64,000 nt of DNA, taken from NCBI GenBank assembly GCA_965203275.1, contig OZ241865.1:544001-608000 (forward strand), in the 5' to 3' direction. Each line of letters opens with the position of its first letter. Within the stretch, counting starts at the first letter, position 1. Shown here piece after piece: positions 55,759 to 64,000 of the stretch. Source of the DNA: Bdellovibrionales bacterium (GTDB lineage Bacteria; Bdellovibrionota; Bdellovibrionia; Bdellovibrionales; JAUICD01). Under the pieces are notes generated by a model. That model did not search any database. It saw only the letters and a list, made by a program, of their open reading frames with translations, and had not been told where the DNA came from. Position numbers and translations under genes: made by a program.

Positions 55759-57165
55759 ATGGCTATGAATTTTGATATCACATTTATTGGAGCAGGTCCT
55801 GGGGGTTATACAGGGGCTATCAAAGCAGCTCAACTGGGTCTTAAAACGGCTGTGGTCGAGAAAGACTCAGTGCTAGGTGGTACTTGCCTTAATGTGGGTT
55901 GCATCCCTAGTAAGGCTTTGCTAGATTCCTCAGAACATTTTGCCTTTCTGCAACATGATGCAGCTAAGCATGGCATTAGCATTAAAGGAAACTATCAGTT
56001 AGATTTATCCACTATGATGAAAAGAAAAAGCAATATTGTCAAAGACCTCAATAAGGGCATTGATTTTTTAATGAAAAAAAACAAAATTCAAGTATTTCAT
56101 GGGGTGGGAAAGATCACATCCTCTCAATCTATACAAGTGACAGCCAATAACAAAAAGCAACAGGACATTCAAAGTAAAGCCATTGTCATTGCTTCTGGCA
56201 GTGTTCCCATACCTTTGCCTTCTTTGCCTTTTGATGGTGAGAGGATCATCAGCTCAACAGAAGCTTTAAGTTTGTCTGCTGTGCCGAAGACCCTAATAGT
56301 TATAGGTGGTGGTGCTGTGGGTTTAGAGATGGCATCTATTTGGTTACGTCTTGGTGCTAAAGTGACTTTAGTTGAAGCTGCTTCTTATATTTGTGCTGGA
56401 ATGGATGAAATCTTAAGCAAAGAACTCAAAAAGGTTTTAATCAAACAAGGTATGAATATTTTAGTAGACACAAAGGTCATAGATTGTCATCTCAATCGGA
56501 AGAAAGAAATCACTTTAGATTTGGAATCTCAAGAAGGTCAAAAATCTATGAAGGGGGATGTATGCCTTGTAGCCATTGGGCGAAAGCCTTACAGTGAAGG
56601 GCTTGGTTTAAAAGATATGGGGATTGCATGCACTCAAAGAGGGCAGATTCAAGTAGATAAAAACTTTCAAACCAATATCCCTGGCATTTATGCTATTGGC
56701 GATATCATTGAAGGGCCTATGTTAGCACATAAAGCAGAAGAGGAGGGCGTCGCTGTTGCTGAGATTATTTCTGGACAGAAAGCTTACGTGAATCATTTGA
56801 CCATACCATATATTATTTATACTTGGCCAGAGGTTGCTAGTGTAGGTTATACAGAAAGGCAATTAAGGGATCAGGGCATCGAATATAATAAAGGACAATT
56901 TCCTTTTATTGCTAATGGAAGGGCTAAGGCACTTGGAGAAACATCAGGACTTGTGAAGTTTTTAGCAGATAAAACCAATGATCGTATTTTAGGTTGTCAT
57001 ATTTTAGGTCCGAGGGCTTCTGATATTTTAGCAGAAGCTGTTGTGGCTATGGAATTTTCTGCCACTAGTGAGGATATTGCTCGGTCTTTTCATGCTCATC
57101 CTACATTAAGTGAAGTGATGCGAGAAGCTGCTTTAGATGTTCAATCCAAAGCTCGTCAAATGTAA
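55759..57165 (+). CDS. lpdA: Dihydrolipoyl dehydrogenase
   Basis: GAGPGG, GGTCLNVGCIPSK, LAHKA and HAHPTLSE. Confidence 0.96.
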   Translation: MAMNFDITFIGAGPGGYTGAIKAAQLGLKTAVVEKDSVLGGTCLNVGCIPSKALLDSSEHFAFLQHDAAKHGISIKGNYQLDLSTMMKRKSNIVKDLNKGIDFLMKKNKIQVFHGVGKITSSQSIQVTANNKKQQDIQSKAIVIASGSVPIPLPSLPFDGERIISSTEALSLSAVPKTLIVIGGGAVGLEMASIWLRLGAKVTLVEAASYICAGMDEILSKELKKVLIKQGMNILVDTKVIDCHLNRKKEITLDLESQEGQKSMKGDVCLVAIGRKPYSEGLGLKDMGIACTQRGQIQVDKNFQTNIPGIYAIGDIIEGPMLAHKAEEEGVAVAEIISGQKAYVNHLTIPYIIYTWPEVASVGYTERQLRDQGIEYNKGQFPFIANGRAKALGETSGLVKFLADKTNDRILGCHILGPRASDILAEAVVAMEFSATSEDIARSFHAHPTLSEVMREAALDVQSKARQM

Positions 57166-57653
57166 TGTTGGGAAGGGTTATCAGCCGGCACTCATCTAGC
57201 GAACACCCGTCAAATGTAATGTTGGATGTAATGTTGGGCAAATTTTATTCAAGAGATCATCTCACCTTTCAATGCTACTTTTCAATGCTACTTTTCAATG
57301 CTAGGTCGGGCTGTCTATTTGCTTGCCTTGCAAAGAGTGGATGCTTATTGATTTGGAGTTACATTGCTTTGGCTTTGGAATAACTTGGCTTGGGAATAAC
57401 TTGGAATTTAAAGATGAATCAATCGCATGTAGATGAATCCCAACCTGATATTGCACAATTCTGACCTCTTCCTCCATTCTGTCCTGGACAATACCATTCG
57501 CATCTCCATGTGTGTGCACCATCTTCTCTACAATTAGAATCTACTGATTCAGGAGTGCAGGCACCACAGGTGGTATTGCTACATTGTCCAGAGACAGGGT
57601 TGCTATCGGAATCGGAATCTGAATCCTGAGGATCTGAATTAGGTACGGAAGTT

Positions 57654-60600
57654 CTATTCGTTACATTCATTTGAAGGCAAATGGGGAACGGAACAATTAA
57701 TTCGCCCTCTATTCTGTCCATGACAGGTCCATTCACATCTCCATGTGTGTGGACCATCTTCCATGCAAGCAGGACTGGAATTACGTCGTCCAACAGTGCA
57801 GGCGCCACAGGTACTGCCACATTGTCCAGGGACGGGGTCGCCTCGGACCCAGCATCCATTTTGTTGTTTACATGTATCATTACCAGAGACACTGGTACAG
57901 CTGGATTCATCGTTGTATTGTCCAGTGCCAGTGCAAGTTTCAGGGCGATTAGGTTTTGCTTTGGCACATGAAACTGAGGTTCCACCAAGTACACAAGACC
58001 ATTTATACTCAGTGGCTGTGTCAGCTACTGGACGGAGTGTACCTCTATGACAAGCATCTTCTTGAGCATTATTACAAGCTGGAGATTGTGGATTAGAAGG
58101 TGGATCAGGATCAGCAGGTGGATTCACATTTTGACTAGGTAGAGAAGTTCTATAACAGCAATGTCTACCAGAGTTCACTTGGAGTTCCCATATATCTCTT
58201 TTTGTTAGGCCAGGAGGCACGACATCTTTCCAACCACCAGGTCCAGTTCCATATCTGTCTAAATCTTCACATTTTGTATCATATGAAGTTGCAATCAAAC
58301 CTTTTGATGGATCTGGATTTGAATCTAATGGTCCATGGCCTAAACGGCAACTACGACCGTTGTTCGACCAAAGACTATTTCCTAACCGCTCCATCATTAG
58401 ATTACAAGAATATCCACAAGATGGATAACACCTTCCACCCACATCTTTAACATGACAATTATATCGATTAGAATCATGACACCCTACTGATTCTGCACAA
58501 TAAGACCCTGTACATCCTCCTCTTCTTTTGCTACAGGCTCCATGGGGATTAGGTTCATTAGGGTCAGGAGTTGCATTAGGATCAGGAGTTGCATTAGGGT
58601 CAGGAATAGGATCAGGGGTTGGAGTGTAACCACAAGCGGGTCGTAGTCTACATCTTTGCTGTGAGTCATTATCTATTTTACGACGCTTGTTTTTAGTACA
58701 ACCACCACTTGTATAAGGTTGACAATGTCCTTTGAATGGCACACTAAGTGTCTTTCTTTTAGCTCTACATTTAGTTTCATCCTGGTTCACTTTCAGTACC
58801 CACCTTACATGTTGGCTTCCAGGAATATTTTCACAAACTCCTGAGCTTGCTCTTGTAGATTCAGGCTCAGAACTCTGCCATTCATTAGGTACACCATCCT
58901 TTAGTCTACATTTATATTTATGCTTTACACCCAAGGCATCTGTATATTGACAGTCATCTGATGGGCCGTCCGTACTATCAAGTCGCCATTTTGTAGCACA
59001 ACTTGCCTCAACATCACAACTTTTTCCTATAGTCTCATTATTATCGGTGAGATAATATTTACCCTTATCGTTCTCAATAGTCGATTTAGCGTGTGTACCG
59101 CTCATATAATTATTTTTACAGATAGCTTCTCTATTAAAACTACATTTGTTTGCATCACCAGAACCTGCACGCTTACCTCTACAACGAGAGGGATTATAAT
59201 CTGTTCTTGTCCGTTGTGTTGGAGTTTGTGATTTTCCTTTGCAGGGAAGTAGATATTCGCATTTATTTAAACCTAGTGGTGGACAGCTAGATAGTGTTTC
59301 ATCGTTCCTAGTCTGTCTGCCTCCTTTAGGATTGGTGCAATGCCTTGTGTTGGGTACACCACATTGTTCATTATTTACTCCATTACAAGTACCTGCATTA
59401 CGATCACAACAAGCAAGGTGAGATTCACACTTCACATATTTACAACTATGACCATCTCCAAGCCCAAGTATAGGTGTAGTTGGATGTGGTACAAACACAC
59501 TCCATTGTGTTGGCTTAACACTTGAAGTGCCTCCACAAATATGGTAATATTTAACTCCTACATATCTAGGATTACAGCCATCATGTTCATTTGAAGAACC
59601 TGGTGCTGTTAGGTTACATTCGATGGGAGAACCATTGCCGTCTTTTCTGGTCCTTACACATTGGCTTTGATGACAATCTACAGAATAATGTTTTGGGAAT
59701 TTACCTGCTGTTGAGTTGGTTGGTACAATTGTATTAATAGTATATTGTGTCTTATCACTATTCTTAAACCAATAAGTACTATTTGGAAAGTTTTGAGCTG
59801 CAAATGTACTTGGAAGGTCTGTATCCCATACAAGAGGGTTACCAGAACCACTTCCACAGACATCCTTAGGGATGGTGGTTACTGTTTGTCGACCATGTTG
59901 AATTCCGCTCAAAGTACCCTTACAAACCGGTGGACTTGTCGTTCTGTCAATCGTCATGCTAATGGAGCTACTTGTATTAGTGGTGCCACTACCATCCCTT
60001 CGACGACCTGACTTTGTGCAAGGTTCTAAATTATGAGTAAATTGATCTGTGACTTTGCCTGTAAAGGAGACATTATTTTGATTGCACTGTATACCAGTGA
60101 TATACAAAACATTCAAACTTCTTCCACTATGACTCACACGAGTGAAAGGCAATTTCCAACGAGTATTTGGACCTGAGTAATTCCTTCCCTTAACCCCATC
60201 ACTGATTGAACCTACATCGTCCTCATCACTATTGAGAGCTACAGTTGATGTGGGTCTTTTAGAATCTATATAAAAACGACTATTAACAATCTGACGTGGA
60301 TTTGTTACGCCCAACTGTGAGGCTTCTATAACCTCTAGCTCATACCTTCTATTAGATGGTAAACTATTGAACTTTAATCGCAACTTGATATCATTACCAC
60401 TGCTATCTAAAAATGTACTGCTTGTACTGCCTGGTTGTCCCGGAAATTTCACTTGATGACACTTCTGCCAAGGACCTCTTGTAAAAGTACAACTTGTCCC
60501 TGAATAGGCAGCTGTGCTATCACCACTTAGACAACCCCTGATCCCCCGGCATAACAAGACTGTTCCAAACTCTTTTGACCTGCTCTGAGGAAACTTCAAA

Positions 60601-61865
60601 TCCATAATAATATTTTTGTAATTAGAGCCATCTGTATTACACGAAGTTTGTTTGCGTGAACTCAGCAGTAAGTCCTTATTATGACCATTTTTAAGGGAGG
60701 TGACTTCTACACTGACAGGAGTCTGATTCCCTTCTACAAGCATTCTAGTTTGATGAGAAAATCTTTGCATTGCATTGCAAGAATAACTCTGGCTTTCTTT
60801 TTCATATTTTAACTTAACTGTCACCTGAAATCCTAAGTCAGGATTACCTATGGTACTTAAACCTGAATTACTGCTTTTGATTCTATTTTTAAAAGCTATA
60901 CTTGGATTCTGTGATAGAGAAAGCCTAGGGTGAGTCAGTATTAACTTATGCGTCGGGTGAGTAGATGAATGTGGACAAGTCACAGGTGTTGATACAAACT
61001 CACTGCCGACATACTTTGTCTCTTTACATTCAATATTTGCATAACTCTCTATGACTTTTTGGTTTTTAAGATCAACAGGATTAATCCTAATGTAGAATTT
61101 TACGTTTTGAAGATTGTACTTTTTAAGATAGTCCTTCCATAAAGAAGCTATCCTTCCATCACTTGTTGTGGTGCTACTGGTAATGGTAAAGTCTTTACCT
61201 TTTTCGTCTTCGTCCTGTTCCTCTTCATCAAAAAATTCATGGTCAGAGTTATATAAAAATTGTAGAAAATTAACAGCATTCAGCAACAAGACAGATGTAC
61301 CTGTTTGAACAGAAGAACCAGCATTTACTTTCACCAAATCCACTCCTGTATTGATAAATTGAGATGGAGGGTTGCTATTGATTAATTCTCTGTATAATTT
61401 TGTATACAGCGTTGGAGTATTTAAGCTAGTACCTGAACTGATATCTTGGATTTGATATTCAGCTGGATTTGTGCTGGCAATTTGAGTGCCTTTTTTAATA
61501 AGCAGTGGATTATAATCATAGCCAGCTTTGTATCCATAAAGACGAGTCCCTAATGAGACCACCCTATCTAAACCTGATTGGGCAATGCTTTGACAATCTG
61601 AATCTTGTGCAGATGAACGCATCACTGTTTGACTTTGTGTGAAGTAATATGCTGTGCCTACACTGATTAAGGCAAGCATGGTCATCACAATCAACATCTC
61701 TACTAAGCCCATTCCTAGCTCTGGCTGTTTGCATTTTTTAAAATGATTTTTTTTAAGACAATGAAAACCTGGACTTAAGGGGGGGGGGGGGGGGGGTAGG
61801 CTAATTGCGTTATGCAATTTTTTTGCAGAAGTGTTTGTACAAATATTTGTACAAATGAAAAACAA
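57654..61865 (-). CDS. Giant Cys-rich protein with prepilin-like N-terminal motif
   Basis: G|MGLVEMLIVMTMLALISVG resembles a type IV prepilin cleavage/methylation site; many Cys modules; Pro/Asp linkers; C18 tract near the start. Confidence 0.7.
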   Translation of the reverse strand: MFFICTNICTNTSAKKLHNAISLPPPPPPLSPGFHCLKKNHFKKCKQPELGMGLVEMLIVMTMLALISVGTAYYFTQSQTVMRSSAQDSDCQSIAQSGLDRVVSLGTRLYGYKAGYDYNPLLIKKGTQIASTNPAEYQIQDISSGTSLNTPTLYTKLYRELINSNPPSQFINTGVDLVKVNAGSSVQTGTSVLLLNAVNFLQFLYNSDHEFFDEEEQDEDEKGKDFTITSSTTTSDGRIASLWKDYLKKYNLQNVKFYIRINPVDLKNQKVIESYANIECKETKYVGSEFVSTPVTCPHSSTHPTHKLILTHPRLSLSQNPSIAFKNRIKSSNSGLSTIGNPDLGFQVTVKLKYEKESQSYSCNAMQRFSHQTRMLVEGNQTPVSVEVTSLKNGHNKDLLLSSRKQTSCNTDGSNYKNIIMDLKFPQSRSKEFGTVLLCRGIRGCLSGDSTAAYSGTSCTFTRGPWQKCHQVKFPGQPGSTSSTFLDSSGNDIKLRLKFNSLPSNRRYELEVIEASQLGVTNPRQIVNSRFYIDSKRPTSTVALNSDEDDVGSISDGVKGRNYSGPNTRWKLPFTRVSHSGRSLNVLYITGIQCNQNNVSFTGKVTDQFTHNLEPCTKSGRRRDGSGTTNTSSSISMTIDRTTSPPVCKGTLSGIQHGRQTVTTIPKDVCGSGSGNPLVWDTDLPSTFAAQNFPNSTYWFKNSDKTQYTINTIVPTNSTAGKFPKHYSVDCHQSQCVRTRKDGNGSPIECNLTAPGSSNEHDGCNPRYVGVKYYHICGGTSSVKPTQWSVFVPHPTTPILGLGDGHSCKYVKCESHLACCDRNAGTCNGVNNEQCGVPNTRHCTNPKGGRQTRNDETLSSCPPLGLNKCEYLLPCKGKSQTPTQRTRTDYNPSRCRGKRAGSGDANKCSFNREAICKNNYMSGTHAKSTIENDKGKYYLTDNNETIGKSCDVEASCATKWRLDSTDGPSDDCQYTDALGVKHKYKCRLKDGVPNEWQSSEPESTRASSGVCENIPGSQHVRWVLKVNQDETKCRAKRKTLSVPFKGHCQPYTSGGCTKNKRRKIDNDSQQRCRLRPACGYTPTPDPIPDPNATPDPNATPDPNEPNPHGACSKRRGGCTGSYCAESVGCHDSNRYNCHVKDVGGRCYPSCGYSCNLMMERLGNSLWSNNGRSCRLGHGPLDSNPDPSKGLIATSYDTKCEDLDRYGTGPGGWKDVVPPGLTKRDIWELQVNSGRHCCYRTSLPSQNVNPPADPDPPSNPQSPACNNAQEDACHRGTLRPVADTATEYKWSCVLGGTSVSCAKAKPNRPETCTGTGQYNDESSCTSVSGNDTCKQQNGCWVRGDPVPGQCGSTCGACTVGRRNSSPACMEDGPHTWRCEWTCHGQNRGRINCSVPHLPSNECNE

Positions 61866-62026
61866 AACCGAACTAAATAAATAATTTTTTTGTATATATA
61901 AATCATAACTGAACCCTTAAACTTATTATAAACGACTTATCGACAATTCAACGAAAAAAGTAAAAAATATATAATTTTTTTAAGATTTTGTATCAATATA
62001 ATACACATCGACTGTGAAATACCCAG

Positions 62027-63800
62027 AATCCGGGATCCGGGATCCGGGATCCGGGATCTGGGATCTGGGATCCGGGATCTGGGATCTGGGATCTGGGATC
62101 CGGGATCCGGCATCAGTTCCCGGTATGCCAGATTGCCGGATCCCAGATCCCGGATCATGGGAGTGAATATAAAGTCTTGTTTCCTTAACATGGTGTTAAA
62201 AAATGAGGACATCCTCCTTCCTAAAATTGAACAAGCTTTTGAGGCAGTTAGCCTTTGATCGACGGCGGTAGCCGTCGGGCTAACTGCCCAAAAGTAGCCA
62301 GAGGCTAGTTCAATTTTAGGGAAACAGAGGTCAGACCACTTTTAGTGAAACAAATCCTTCAGTCTCCCACTGCCCCATCCTCTCCCTAATTATTTTTTGT
62401 TTGATGGTTACGCAGAATCTAAAAAAAATAAAAAAACAAAAAAAAAGAACTTTTTCCCTAACATGGTGTTAAGAGAAAAAAGGATCCTTCCCTACTCAAA
62501 ATAAATGGATTTTCTAGGCAGTTAGCCTTTGATCAACGGCGATAAGCCGTTGGGCTAACTGCCAGAAAACATGCCAGAGGCATGATGCATTTTGAGTGAA
62601 ACAAACCCTTAACATGGTGTTAAAAAATGAGGAGATCCTCCCTACTAAAAGTGGTCAGGCTTTCTAGGTTGCCAGCATTTGAGAAGGCGATAGCCTTCGG
62701 CTGGCAACCAGAAAGTGACCAGAGGTCAGACCACTTTTAGTGAAACAAATCCTTCAGTCTCCCACTGCCCCATCCTCTCCCTAATTATTTTTTGTTTGAT
62801 GGTTACGCAGAATCTAAAAAAAATAAAAAAACAAAAAAAAAGAACTTTTTCCCTAACATGGTGTTAAGAGAAAAAAGGATCCTTCCCTACTCAAAATAAA
62901 TGGATTTTCTAGGCAGTTAGCCTTTGATCAACGGCGATAAGCCGTTGGGCTAACTGCCAGAAAACATGCCAGAGGCATGATGCATTTTGAGTGAAACAAA
63001 CCCTTAACATGGTGTTAAAAAATGAGGAGATCCTCCCTACTAAAAGTGGTCAGGCTTTCTAGGTTGCCAGCATTTGAGAAGGCGATAGCCTTCGGCTGGC
63101 AACCAGAAAGTGACCAGAGGTCAGACCACTTTTAGTGAAACAAATCCTTCAGTCTCCCACTGCCCCATCCTCTCCCTAATTATTTTTTGTTTGATGGTTA
63201 CGCAGAATCTAAAAAAAATAAAAAAACAAAAAAAAAGAACTTTTTCCCTAACATGGTGTTAAGAGAAAAAAGGATCCTTCCCTACTCAAAATAAATGGAT
63301 TTTCTAGGCAGTTAGCCTTTGATCAACGGCGATAAGCCGTTGGGCTAACTGCCAGAAAACATGCCAGAGGCATGATGCATTTTGAGTGAAACAAACCCTT
63401 AACATGTTGTTAAAAAACGAGGAGATCCTTCCCTACTAAAAGTGGTCAGGCTTTCTAGGTTGCCAGCATTTGAGAAGGCGATAGCCTTCGGCTGGCAACC
63501 AGAAAGTGACCAGAGGTCAGACCACTTTTAGTGAAACAGAGGCCAGTTCACTTTGAGTGAACGAGAGCCTTCGGCTGGCAACCAGAAAGTGACCAGAGGT
63601 CAGACCACTTTTAGTGAAACAGCTTAGCCTTTGATCGACGGCGGTAGCCGTCGGGCTAACTGCCAGAAAACATGCCAGAGGCATGATGCATTTTGAGTGA
63701 AAAAAAATGAGGACTTCGGAAGCCTGCACCCGCATTCCACTCATATAACAAAAATGAAAAAGCAGAATCGAAGGGCGGGGGGTGGGGTTAGGGATTATCC
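62027..63800. repeat. Heptamer array plus family A/B cluster with a 395-bp unit tandemly triplicated
   Basis: (GGGATCY) about x11 at 62027-62110; tttagtgaaacaaatcc at 62341, 62736 and 63131. Confidence 0.92.
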
Positions 63801-63836
63801 CTTTGCTACTGGGCAAAAAATTATCTTTGCAAAAGG

Positions 63837-64000
63837 CTATTGTTCAGAAGCTTGCCTTAATATCTCACTAATATTACCCATATTGCTTTTGATCTGAGAT
63901 GAAGGTTGATTTTTCAAGTGACCCACAGAGTTTATAGTATGAATCCCTGCTGTGTTCTGTACAAAATCAACTGGTAAATTATGATGGAGATCATCTTTCT
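63837..64000 (-). CDS. 3' end of an unknown CDS entering from the right edge
   Basis: Open frame KDDLHHNLPVDF...ILRQASEQ*. Confidence 0.4.
   Translation of the reverse strand, partial: KDDLHHNLPVDFVQNTAGIHTINSVGHLKNQPSSQIKSNMGNISEILRQASEQ

Noticed and set aside
57419..57840. DGR template/variable repeat pair
   Set aside because: Differences are not adenine-specific, include indels, and no RT is present. The bAvd-like gene is 28 kb away.

Overview
AT-rich bacterial chromosomal window. A Bdellovibrionota/Oligoflexia-like origin is inferred from a GltC-like TPR gene plus adjacent beta-barrel and a receiver-J-domain-TPR protein; this is not proven. Housekeeping genes (folE, smpB, secE-nusG, trxA, mltA, cyoE, fadD, dppA, E1-beta, astD, tyrS, lpdA) are mostly detached from their usual operon partners and mixed with secreted ankyrin, RCC1 and Cys-rich proteins. 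The main unexplained signal is a family of dozens of complete or partial ~145-bp intergenic elements. Their stems are replaced by different sequences while the same multi-hairpin fold is kept. They form inverted doublets, insert into each other at a recurring site and carry GGGATCY heptamer tails. They are linked in a fixed order to three remnants of a four-helix-bundle (IVS/bAvd-like) gene. Other highlights are a secreted protein with six tandem winged-HTH-like repeats and NLS-like motifs, long poly-G/C tracts at frameshifts in large surface-protein genes, and a 7-member hendecad coiled-coil membrane protein family (5 in a tandem array). No rRNA, tRNA, CRISPR array, transposase or reverse transcriptase was recognised. 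All alignments were done by eye, so repeat boundaries are approximate.
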